Shown in pieces: positions 12,600 to 24,444 of a stretch of 64,000 bases of DNA. Under the pieces are notes generated by a model that did no database searches, was not told the origin of the DNA, and was given only the letters and a program-made list of their open reading frames with translations. Every line of letters begins with the position of its first letter. Position 1 is the stretch's first letter. Source of the stretch: Raillietiella orientalis (Eukaryota). The position numbers and the translations under genes are program-made. The DNA is taken from the NCBI GenBank assembly GCA_036172245.1, contig JAYWIR010000043.1, positions 372,001-436,000 on the forward strand. Direction: 5' to 3'.

Positions 12600-14955
12600 T
12601 AAGATAGAAAACAACAAAAGCGTATTCAGATTGAGGGAATATGAGCGAGGCTGTCTGCTTAAAATCAACAGATGCATGCTACTGTTGCCACTGTAGCAGA
12701 AAATATGGACCGCCTGCGTACACAGTAAGCCTCCTCCGAACTTACAAGAGACTCCGCCATCCTTTCCAACCGCGCGATCCGCAAACTTCCAGAACCTGAC
12801 GTCTGAATTCACCAAGGTGATCGGGCGTCAGTTGTTTAGATGGCGCAAGTCGCCGCCTTTCGTCAGGAGACGCACCTTCGCTGGGCTGGAAGGAGGCAGG
12901 CACTTCGCCTGCCTCCCTCTTCAGGAATTAAGTTCCGGTGGTCATCCCAGTTGAACTTGTTTTTGTAGTGGCGTTCCTTGTTTCTTCGAGGGATGCATAT
13001 CCCTTCGAACATGTGGTTTTCAATGAATGCCCCTGCGTGACCTGGTTGAAGCCCATTCAGAAACGCGTTGCGTCGGACAGTCGTGCAGCAGCGAGAGTTC
13101 CTACCGACTGCAAGCGACAGTCCCGACAGACGTGAGAAAGGCCGGGAGCCTTGGCGGTCGCAGTTGATCTGCATAAAGCATTCGACTGATTGACCAGGAA
13201 CTCTTCATTGTGCTCCTGGAGCGCCTCGGACTTCCGACCCATCTCCCCCTGTACTTGCGCTCCTGCTGGTGCGATGCGTTACTGAACTTTCATTTCAATG
13301 GCTGTCACGTGTACGGCGTCGCCGTGCGCAGAGGCATTAGGAAATGCGGACAGCTCAAACCCTCTGCTCTCCAGCATCTACTTTGAGTTGGTGCTAAGGG
13401 CGTACTGGCTGACGCTGGCCGTCCGACCCAGCGCGTCTTTGTGCACGCCGTCCGTGGCATCCTACGCGGACGACCTGCCTTCTCCTGTTGCTTATGTCCA
13501 CCCCGGCAGCGAGACTCGAGGAATTCTTCGAGCTGATCTGCCAGGGTGCGGGCATTAAGGTCAACAGGACGAAATGCACAGTCGTCGCGATGGGTACATC
13601 GTGGGAAGGGCAGGCTAAATGGATCCTCCTGGGAATCCCCACGGGCAGGTACTTCAAGTATCCTGACGTTCCTTTGGGCGACTCTGGCTCGTGAGAAGCG
13701 TGCTCGGCTTGCCTTCAAAAAGCAGAGATGGCTTTCAACCCGTTCCTCGGCGACAAGTTCTCTCAAAGGAGCAGACCTCCATCTGGAACACTTTTGTTGC
13801 CCCCCCCCTCCTCTGCAGCTTATTTTTCGTGTGCCCTCCACATCATTTCGTGAAGATCCGGGCGCAGCACCTCCTTCCTACGCAAAGCCTTATGGGGCGC
13901 TGCAAGGTCTCGATTCCGACTGAAAGACTTGGTGGCGCCGCGCCAGAGCGCTAGCTTCGGCATACCAACCATCGAGAAGATCGGACTGCAGGTGAAATTC
14001 CGACTTCTCTTTCTGTGGGGGAAATTTTGGTCTTCTCATTGGTGTGCTCCGGCGCGCCACATCCTTCAGAGATGCGTTGGCAACGTAAGACTTCTATTGC
14101 TGCTGCCGCGCAACCTACGCCGGAGGACTGGATTCGGCTACCCGCTGAGGCATTTGTCTTCGTTGCTGCTAGCCCATCCGTGGATCTCGTGTCGCTCCAT
14201 TAACTGGAATGCCTGGCGGCAGGAAGCTCTGGAGCACTGGACTGCCACTTTGGAAGTGCGCTTACAGGGTTTTTCTTTCCGCGCGAGGCCTTGTAGCCTT
14301 GCCCTCGTTGTCCTGCGTACTTGCAGCCTTAGCAGCGTCTATTTTTTCCGCTGCTGCACAGGGCTGCTGAGTCGCTGCTTAGCGAACATCTTTAGCTTCG
14401 GGCACACTGCCGTTGGGTGTCCGGGGTCTTCGCAGTGGCAGTAATTTGCCATGGAGCATTTATTTTAACAATGCCCCTCTTCTACCACATTCACCGTACG
14501 CTTGCAGCTGCCCCGCGAACCACAGTGTCATTCACCTGCGCTCTTCAGAACAGCAACCCGTGGCTGGCCGCCGTCAGTCGCACCTCTGCCTCCAGCTCCT
14601 TGTGAACACTTTCGAGCCTCTCTGCAGGATTTGGTAACCGCCACAGAGCGCGTGGGCGGTGGCGTGTCTCCCCAGAGCCTCGATTCATTGTCTGCCCATG
14701 ATATGGGGTTGCCCCCCGCTCAGATGAACCGGTTCTGTATGGATGAACGACTGATCCTCCACGGAAAGGGGACTTCCTTTCCCTCCACAGTGATCGGCGT
14801 GCGGAGCAGACGCTGAGTGAGGAAAGCGTCCTTGCAGGACCCCTTCCAGTACCTGCCGCGGCCACTAATGGGCACGAGGGACAGTACTTCCTCCACACGT
14901 ATCCCGGCACGGCGTAGCTCGCGAGCTGAGCTCTTGAGCTAAGTAAGCCCTCAAC
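12600..14955 (+). mobile_element. Decayed non-LTR retrotransposon (L1/Tx1-like) reverse transcriptase region
   Basis: VAVDLHKAFD*/IDQELFIVLLERLGLP (~13157-13237); VRRGIR.../NPLLSSIYFE (~13324-13387); SYADDL (~13459-13476); GIKVNRTKC; FKYPDVPL; IWNTFVAP; a Cys/His knuckle remnant (CSC...SVIH, ~14500); and a short GAGCT-rich tail at 14915-14963. Multiple frameshifts; the 5' boundary is uncertain. Confidence 0.85.
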
Positions 14956-14964
14956 TCTGAGCTA

Positions 14965-16550
14965 TTGGGCGGTCCCCCGTTTGCTCTATCAGATTCTAGA
15001 TCTCAAGACTATAAGTCGCAATTTGAGATGCAGTCTTTAGCAAGGGTGGGTGAAATTGTCATCGAATTCAGAAGATCGATGAGGCTTACACTTCACAGGT
15101 TCCTGGGAGCAAATGAAGCAAATCTTTATCATGTCGATGTTGAGGCGGTCTACGCAATTGGAGGCGAAGTCTAGGTGAAATCTGATCTCAGTGATGAACC
15201 CAATGGCTCAAAAGCAGCGACAATCTCATCTGGGGATGTCTTGATATGCGTTCAACGGGATCTCCAAAAGCTTCACCTCGTGGCTTCGGTCATCTTATCT
15301 GGGTGAATCATGCTGATAGTTATTTCTCTGTTATCGATAGTTAGGAGTTGCATAGGCAAAATGAATAGTCAACATAGTGAACCGGTGGGAGAGGAAGAGA
15401 ATTACATCGCTGAATGGCGAGTTTCGATGACTCTGGAAGTCTGGAGACTCCTCGATTTAAGTTTACAAGTTCATCCTCTATTCCAAGTGTCTCTTTTCAT
15501 TCTCTTCTAAGAATGGATACTCTATCTCTCTTCTATTTTTAAACGCGTCGTCAAGGCATTTTTTCATCTTCTTTCTGAAGCACCTTTAAGAATATCCGAA
15601 ATGCCTTTTCTTACTTCGCAGCTTCACTCTGTTCTGTATGGAAACATTTCCATGTGCTTCCCTTGTCTTTGCGAAAACTCCAGAGGTCACGATTCCAAGA
15701 AATCTGCTTCATAGGCCAGGCAATTTAGAAAAATAGGATTAAAAGTAAGCTCAAGGCACTCTTTCATCTTTCAGAAGGAATGTCTTCCATAGTACGGTTA
15801 AGCAAATTTGAAGCCGATGGAGTGATGTCAGAGTCCATACTCCTCTGGTTTTAAAGCCATGGTGAATTCTCGAGCTCACCTCCAATCCTCAAGTTCGAAT
15901 TACTGCATATCGGTAGAAGAATGCAAAGTTTTATTGGTGATGAAAAGTGAAGCTCAGTTTTAAGGAACACTAGGTGCACAATGGAAACTGTGTTAACCCT
16001 GGGCAGGAGCGCGTACGGAGAAAAGAAGAATTGGATTAAGGGATCCTTGTTTTTCAAGAAGCATGGAGAATCTCGGATCCCTTCGACGAGAGATATTAAG
16101 TAGGTCTTGATGAAATCATGGCAACAGGTGCTGGAAAGCGCGTGATCTCTTTTGAGCTATGAGATTTAAGTACCACGAAATCCTAACATTTTGGGGATAC
16201 TGATAACTAACTGAGGTTTCTCGAACTTCAGATCATTCTGGAAACCAAGGCTTTCGCCTCCCTACGTGGCAACTTTTCAATAGAAAAAGAGAGCGCCAAG
16301 GAAAATCTCGCAAGACCTGACCGCAGTTTGATCTGTCTTGGAAACAATATCGAAATGCTTGCAGAAACGTTTCGACTTTTCTGGAAAACCGTTTGAGAAG
16401 CACCACACAGAGAGCAAAGACTGCCAGTGCAAGTTTGCCTTTCGGAGTGTCTCTAAAACTGCGTAAAGAAATTGACATTGCTGGGGAACCATTGATGCTC
16501 TTAGTTTTCCCTGCTAACCTCAACTCACCTTCAAATGGCGTCCGGTGCAT
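14965..16550 (-). pseudogene. EVE: second decayed bunya-like L fragment covering the RY segment and motifs F and A
   Basis: Colinear on the minus strand: LLKRFSRKVETFLQAFRY (~16347-16400); SMIHPDK...R (~15277-15315); SPDEIV (~15220-15237, like the P-x-E-x-I-S after motif F); LNIDMIK (15124-15144, like motif A N-x-D-x-x-K-W). Confidence 0.55.
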
Positions 16551-16929
16551 CTATTTGATGGTGAGGCTGTAAAAAAAATGAAGATTCGAGGAACCATCTG
16601 TTCTTTTGATCCATCAGGAAACAAGTCGAATTTTCGAATAGCTTTTCAAAATTACAGTTTTTAGACCGTTTCGTTGTGATGGCACTTCGACATGAAGAGC
16701 ATTGCTCATCCTCGAACGTTCGGAGATGCCGTGCTGGAGGTGACCACTCGCAAGAATTTCGTCGTTCTCCTTGCTTCTTAAGCAAACAGGCATCTAGATT
16801 CTCCGCATTTTTTCCTTCTCATCTCTCTTATCCTCAGATGAGAGAAAAACATTCGGTTCGCATTTCACTGAATCCGAGTTGTCGATCACAGCAGAACACG
16901 AGCTTGCGTCTGTTTCATCTGAAGACAAA

Positions 16930-19270
16930 CATCCTCAAATTCCATTAGGGGTATTTCGCGCGTATGATTTTGCGATAACCCCGAGTTATGGGAGTGAGTC
17001 ATTGTGAATTTTGGAATTCCATGATGAAAAACAGGGGAACTGAATGGTTACGATCTTCTGGAAGTTTCTTATAGCTCAGCAAGAGCATCTGCGGATCAGA
17101 ACTTCTGAGTAGCAGTTGTTGCACGGAGCAATATCTCTGGACCTTGAGAGTGACTCGGTATCCACATGTCCATTAGCCAGTTTTATTTGTTCAGTCATGA
17201 GCATCCTTAGAGCATATTGTACGTGCGAGTGCGTGCAGAACTTTTGAAAGGCAGGTATTCACGTGAAGTTCTTGCACTCGCGAGAAACCATCTTCGACAA
17301 GTGGGGAGATTTCCATCCACAGGTTTTCAATAGGAGGGCACTGGAAACTGTTGCTTTGTTTTGGATAAATCTTATCTAAGATGGGAATATCGAAACCATT
17401 GTGCCTTAGTGGACCGACAAGCAAAGAATGACCCAAAACGAAACGGCAGATTCGGCTTTGTTCCTTCCCTGCTTGCGGAGGAATTACTGGACTCTGGCAT
17501 GTCTGCTCGTGCACTTATGCTGCACGCCATGTGTCTGAACAATGTGCACGTCCCTGGGTCTTTTATCGGAAACTGGTCATCCCTGAATCCTGACGGAGAA
17601 AAAGAAATCGCCTGAAGGTACATATACAAAGCTACGTGTCTTTAAGACGATGCGCATCATCTGCTCCATTCATGTATGAGAAGCAAAAACTTCATCGCCT
17701 CTTCAATAATCGTGGAAAAGATGAGAGAAGAATATTCTGATCCCGCCAGGAATGCTCTGAAAATCTCCCTCCTCTTACTAGTATCCTTTTGAAGGAAATA
17801 TCACTTCCGTATCTAGTTACAGATTTCAAAGAGGAGGACTTCCATGGCAGTGGGATCAAAGTGAAAATTCATTCTTCAGGAGCACTGGCAGGAAATGTTG
17901 ATTACCTGCAGTTTTTTGATTTCATAGGTTAAGATGACCGGTCAGTTTCCTACCTCAGGAGACGCGCAGTCTTCCGTAACATCCTTAGGAAGCACGTCAT
18001 GATAAAATCAGTCTTCAAAGAGTCTCTGGTTACGTAGGTCATCTTCACAACCTCGTGATGAAGAATCTGGAAGCTGACCTTGAGCGAAAATTTTTTCTGG
18101 AATAATTTTTTTTTTTTTTATCTTGAATGGGTATTGGATTTTCTCTTCCTCTGGTTCTATCGAAGGTCCCCTCTTCGGGAACAGTTTTGTCTTCGTGAGG
18201 AAGCATCGAGCAGTTTCGTCACTGACTCCATGCAATGCACACTCTCTCTCAGTTCCATTCCCGCTTCACAGAAAACCCTGAAGTCACTTTGGAGGTTGTC
18301 AGAGTAGGAAGAATCCCTGATTCATTCATCTCCTTCCTGAGGTATCATTATTTCAGCAAGAATCGGTTACACGTGAGCTGAAATAGCCAGGAAGCAAAGG
18401 TGAGCTCCCACAAACCCTGAGCCGAATACGAAAAATACTTCCAGGAATTTTTGGATGCCCTGGACGACCACACATCCAGTGGTTTGTTATGTTCCCGATC
18501 AGTCTCGAAAAGGTAGGTTTGCATGCTGTGGCCTTCTTATAGGGAGAATCAAGGAAATGAAGATCTACTACAGCTTGCTCATCATAGGATGAAGATGAAG
18601 GGAAGATCGACCACGCCATCGTCAAGGGGATGGACATGAAAACATAACAAGCAGAGCTCATCGGAGAAAGAATGCTCGAAATTAGCGGGAGAGCACCACT
18701 CTACTGCCATCAGGAACGATCAGTGACACAGAGTGAACAAACAGTCTGTGTATTGCCTAAACGACCCATACTAAGTAAGCAGAAGACGGTTCCAGTTCCC
18801 AGTCAGTTATTGTCGGTAGAAGAACCCAATTCTTTGCTTAGTTCCTCCTCCTGGCCATTCTTGATCATTACAGCAGGGTTGTCATTTGTCATTTGTTTCA
18901 GTTACCACAGTCCAAATGGTTATATCTTTCAGTATTTGTTGAATAGCTTTTATGTAGACGATTAGCAGTAACACATCTTCATTAAGTTTACCAACTGGAT
19001 TTGGGCTCATGCCATTTCCTGAGTTTGTGTTTTTCAGAACTCTTTCACGTTGTATATTGCAGTTCCACACCCTAATCCTCCCTCATCTTAGAGGAAAGAC
19101 AGGAACCCTCCCTATAAGCAAGGATTGCTTGCTCAACCTTGGAAGGAACCAAAAAGGCTTGGAATTCGCCGGAAACATTTTTCTATGTTTTCTCGGTGAC
19201 GCCATCACTTAAAGCAGCTTGGATCGAACTTTCTGACGAGAAGATGGAATTTCTCTGGTCGAAATCATTG
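16930..19270 (+). pseudogene. EVE: decayed bunya-like L fragment from motif E towards the C-terminus
   Basis: CEFWNSMM (17003-17026, like motif E E-F-x-S), then GRFGFVPSLLAEELLDSG (~17445-17498, G-P-x-EL-xx-G segment), then ~1.7 kb of broken protein-like frames without introns. Confidence 0.45.
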
Positions 19271-20999
19271 TAATCGCTATGGTGTGAGAGTTTGTAAATA
19301 TACAGTACACGCAAGGTTATACTTATGTGCAATGGTCTGATTGTGCCCAATGCGGACACCATGTACAGAGTTACTATCCTCATCAATGCCTGAAATGCTC
19401 ACTAGAAGAGGGAAGCAATGGCACTCGGCTGCTGAGCCCGGTATTTCGTCTTCGCATCTCATTGCAGGTCTCACCGCCCAAAGGTTTTGCGATCGCTTCG
19501 AGGTCCAGCTGACCTCACTGGCAAGCGTGAGAACACCACTTCCGGGCTCTTCGCGGCGCTCGTTTTTCCAAGTAAACCTACAAAACTTCCCCGTGTCAGA
19601 GTGGAAAATTTGTTTCGCTCCCACAGAGGCCAGCAGAACTGCTAAACGCATCATCTTGTGACCGTGGCATCATGCTAATATATTAGTGTTGCAAAAAAAT
19701 GGAAATTGATGGTGCGTAAAGAAAGATAAACGGGATCTTATAGCACGTTTTTATTATGCTGCATTGTCCCATATTTCATTCTGTCCAGCTGAACAGCAAT
19801 TTTTTCACGTATCGCTTAATCACATTTCTATTACTCCTGGCAATGCTCTTTACAGCGATATCTCAGGAAAAGGAATATTCAGATATGCTTTCATTTATGT
19901 ATCCATTAGCATACAGGATGCTGGTGAATGGAATAATTTTCAAGGCAATAAGGTTTCATGAGAATGTACCAAAAGCCTGCTTTGTAGAATATTAAAGAAG
20001 TAAATGAGTCCGAAAGCAAGCATTTGCAGTTTAATGCATGCCTGCTTGAACCCTATAATTCCATGTATTGGAATGGAGAAGGTTGAGTATTTTCTTTCGC
20101 TCCAGCCTCGGCACCTTCCTCAGCAGCCAAATCGAGAGAATGGAGAAAAGCGACTTGCTCGGTGACCTCACTTATCAGGAAACCCCTACTTCCAGGGTTC
20201 AGCGGCTCCGCCTTAGGTGCCTCGGGGGCAAAATGCGCTCTTGCATACTCGTTGAGTCAGCGGTGATCCTCGGGCAGTCAAGAGTAGGCTCCCAGCTGCA
20301 TACGATGTCGGCACTCCAAACGTCTTGCAGCTACCCCGCCATTGCTTGTTCGACGTCAACAGCAAAGAAGAGTGAAGGCATCAGTAGAGTTTCCGTGCTC
20401 CAAGAACTCTGCCAAAGAAACGCCCAAAATAGCAGTTTTCGTTTATCGGTCTGCTTTTACGTAGTTATGGAACGCAGCTGCCGGAACCGATGGGTTAGAG
20501 GCCGACCTAATTTTCAGTGATGTTTGTGTCACATTATGGGGGGAATCAAAGGATTTCGAAAAGTTCCCATTTACGTCGGCGGAGAGCAGGGGATAGGCAA
20601 GAAGTGTCGATTTGTTTTGTCCCCTGGAAATCATTCAAGCGGAATGATCTTCCGCTGTTTTCCAAGTTGTGAGAATAATGTGACGTTACTTCTTGAATAA
20701 GGAGGTTTGTCGATGATCGGAACCTTCCGGTGAGGGAGACGCCAATTTTAAGAATCTCTGAATCAACCAGAAGAGCTCAGTTCCCTAAGAACCGGAGCAC
20801 AAAGACAAAAGCTTTCTTGCTCGGTTTAGCGATTTGCATGGCGTCGGCGCTCCTGCTCGCGATTCAGCCCTACGCCAGGGAATCATAGCAGGTTCTTCCC
20901 GGTCTTGAGGAAGGCCACTGGTTCGAAACTCGGAAACTGCATCCGGGAGTCATTCCATGCCATCTCCCAAGTTTTCCTTTTCTTTCTGTTCTTTTTTCT

Positions 21000-21900
21000 T
21001 TCGAGCGCTCTGTCGTGAACGCGTTGCCCTACTTACATGCAGCAGCAAGCAGACAGGAGACGAAATCAGGAGACGAAAGGGAACAGAACGGAGAGGAACG
21101 AGAGCTTTCTTCAGAAGTGCAATCAAGTGGCCATGAAGCAGTAAAGGTCGTGGAGGCGACCTGGAACTTTTTCCACAAGTGGGAGACGGCAGCGGAAACC
21201 CTGTCGTGCGTTGTCTCGGTCCGGTTACACAGAGCCACCAGCAAAGCATTGTGAGTCCAATCGAATGGGAAAGTGGGCACGGTGGGCCGCACCCTATTGC
21301 ATGCCCGACCATTCAACAGAGGTAATACGTGCTGCTTGTTGGTGTTGCAGCAAAATGGAGTCTCTTGTAGGGATATCTATCTCCGGTCTTCTTAGTTACA
21401 GAAGTTCAACTTCTCTGGGGTCACTGATAGGGAGTGTTTCTATATAAAAAATAGATTGAAGGAAAGCCTGGAATTAATCTATAATTTATCTCTGAAGTAT
21501 GTGGTGAGATGTTCCGTTTACCAAAGACACGCTTCGAGTCGTTTGCCGGCATCATTAAGCCCTGATTAATGAAACACTTTTTACGGACACTTGTACATCT
21601 CAAGCATCCTTCCTTGAGGATAATACTGCTGCTGGAAAGGGAGCAATCGTTTCTCTCTAATGAATCGGTATCTCTAGAATTTTTACAGAGATCTGAATGC
21701 CTTTCGGAAAAATATAAGCTTTTCCCATTTGGTTTCTTCGTACTTTCTTCCATGAATACATGGAGTTGCACAAAATGCACTCGAGCAGTGGGACCGGTAA
21801 ACACCCAGAGATGGGGTGCACTTCAGGTTCTGTAACAGTTGGTTTCTAAACCATCTGAATCGGAAGCAGCCGTAGGATCAGGAAGAGCATGTGACGGCTG
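21000..21900 (-). pseudogene. EVE: decayed bunya-like RdRp core, motifs B, C, D and E
   Basis: LGVYRSHCSSAF (~21773-21808, motif-B-like); RHSD (21691-21702, motif C HSDD remnant about 37 codons later); GKRNISPHTSEIN (~21483-21522, motif D/E-like); then PLPSPTCG...PPRPLLLHG (~21130-21195). The spacings are typical of L. Confidence 0.6.
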
Positions 21901-23239
21901 AGCAGCTGTTATGGCGGATGAGGCAACGTGTCTTCGGCCTTTCGTCGGAAGGATGGAATTCACCCCATCTTCAAACTCGGATCAACAGAAAGTAAGGGTC
22001 GAAAACGCCGACGTGCGGACGCTCTTTTCTGGACGAGCAGAAATTTATCTCAGGAGCGCGCGCCACCCATTATGCCTTTTTGCAGCTCCGTGGAATTGCC
22101 GACAAGCCGCATGCAGGACTTCAGCGATGCAGTTGATATCTGGAGAGACCAAATAAATAACCCTTTCAGAAATGAAATTTTCAGTGTCTCTTCCGTGGAG
22201 CTTTCGCGGGCGGCGTAATAAAAAATATCGGAACAGCTTTGAACCCCAGCAAGAAGGAAGCAAACAAGTTCTCCTCTCGAGAATCCCAACGCCATCGGAA
22301 GGCATTAAGTCTGCAGAATTCTTGATAGTTAAGAGGATGCGGCTGGAAGAGTTAAAATAATAAGGACTGCTCGCTTGGTCCCTTCGGAAACATACTTCTA
22401 AATGGATGCATGAGATTTTGTTCGAGTAACTCATGTCAAGAAGAAGACTACAAAAAGTGGCCTCATGCCTTGGGGGATGTTTTTAGAGAATGCTATCGCT
22501 GGCGAGATTGTTTCAAGAAAAAATTTCTCGAAGCCCGAGATGCCTCTTCCCTATCCCTGCGTGCGGCCGCTGTCCATTGGAATATTTTCACAGGAATCGC
22601 CTCCTGGAAAGTCTCTCTGTTTCCAAGTCAGCATTCCGTCTCATCCTTCGAGGAAAGATTTCCTTGGAAACAGCATTTCCAACATTTTCCGGCGCCCTTT
22701 TCAGAAGTACACGTAACGTGCTTGTCAAGTGGGTTTGGAATGCCCTTCTCGGAAAAGTGACCTCCTCTTTGCGCCCCCATTTTACCCTGTGCGAAAAGCT
22801 CTCCTCTTCGCTGTCCAGCGAGAATGCTTCTTCTCCCTTGAGAACTCTGTTGTTTAAGGTCACTTGAGCGTTCCTCAAAGATGAGTTGATCGCTCTTAAA
22901 ACAGGAAAAAACCAATGCAGGACCAACAACAGAAAAGGTAAAGCGTAATTTTCATGATTTGCAACTGAGCTTTTTTTCTACACTGAAGACACGCAGTTTC
23001 GCACAGTGAAAACCAACGGTGTGCTTTTCATCTGTTTTGGCAGTCGTTGGCGCGGAAGACAGTTGCATGTTTTAATGGGTAATCTCACACCTTGTCATCA
23101 AAGAGCACCTATTTCCCTATTTCCTCTGGTGCACCTCTTGTGTACGGTGTCTTAGATTGAACAAGCAAAAGTGCAGCCGCAATTTCTCTAAGATTTCGTC
23201 TTTAGTTTGAGAGAACAAGAAACGCAGAGTGCATAGAGT

Positions 23240-23900
23240 TCACTTAATCCTTGTAATAGGATTCAAAGCAACGGAAGCATGTGGTAGCTGAAGATTGATA
23301 GTTATTAGGAAATGAAGAGCAGACTGATTCCAAGGTTTCTTTATTTTCCCAAACAACATTTCTCTTAAATCTTGATTAAGCCGCGGATCAGAACATCGCA
23401 TCAACATCTCATGGTCATAGAGACACTCCAAGAAAACTGGGTGTGTCATTGTCGGCTGATGGCTAAACTACAGTGACTGATACAGAACCAGTTGATTAAA
23501 TACTTGTTGATAATATACTTGAGAAATCGCTATCGTCGGATGGAGAAGCTGTGGTTACTTCTTCAGGAGCTGTTCCCAAGGAGCAGTACAGTGAAGGCAC
23601 CTAAACGCCTTCGTGACACTCCGTGCTCGTAAAAATACGACTTTGGGCTGCTGCAGGGAAATGGGCAGCCAGGCAATCCTGGCGTCAAGTGAAACCTGGA
23701 ATCAAAGTCACTCTTCCATGGATTACGAAGAATCAGGAAGGAGAGGTAGCGGTCCTGGGTTGCTTGGCAAGCAGAAGAGTGCACTTCAAAAGGGACAGTC
23801 ATTCCTATCGACTCCTGGTGCAGTGCATGGAGAAACGGACCGGCATCTCACCTAAGCACTCACGATCCTAAGTGTCCCGGTTCCCATTTCCAAATACTTG
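23240..23900 (+). pseudogene. Possible EVE: phenuivirus-like motif F/A region
   Basis: IQNQ...IIYLRNRYRRMEKLWLLLQELFP followed by ASSETWNQSH (~23682-23711), which recalls phenuivirus motif A (D-A-x-K/T-W-N-Q-G-H). Confidence 0.35.
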
Positions 23901-24374
23901 GGACTGTGAGCGTCTGGATAAGATACCTTATAGTTTACTAACGGCAGTTCGGGAGCTCCAGTAAAATTAAGGTATCCGGGACTAACGAGTCGTCAAATGG
24001 ATGTGTGCATTAGAGCTGAGTGAAGCGAAGTGCGGCAAATTAGAGTGACTGACAAATGGAGAGTCGTCGGATCTGCAAAAAAGGACGAAAGGCCTCAGGA
24101 AGCTGCAGATAAGTGGAATCCAAGAAGGACGCTTAGACGGTGTGGATCGTTTGGAAATTTCGGAGTGAAATCCGAAGGCATTTTCTGCCCCTACGCGTTC
24201 ACGGAGTCGATGCTCGTAATCTCTGGATGCGTAATTGGCAACACCGATTCGGGAATTCCGGCGCAATGACGATGACGAATCCGTTCCTTGGATGGAACGG
24301 AGAGACTCCTCCTCGTGCGCCAGCTTTTGCCGAAAACGAAATCTCTGGCAATTGGAACTTATCGTTTCCCCTGC

Positions 24375-24376
<2 letters not shown>

Positions 24377-24430
<54 letters not shown>

Positions 24431-24444
24431 TGTGTGTGTGTGTG
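24377..24444. repeat. (TG)n microsatellite
   Basis: About 34 TG units with one TA interruption, read directly. Confidence 0.98.

Noticed and set aside
17300..17345. PIENLW resembling a Tc1 transposase
   Set aside because: No preceding SPDLN, no DD34E spacing and no inverted repeats; the opposite strand carries the L-like motifs.
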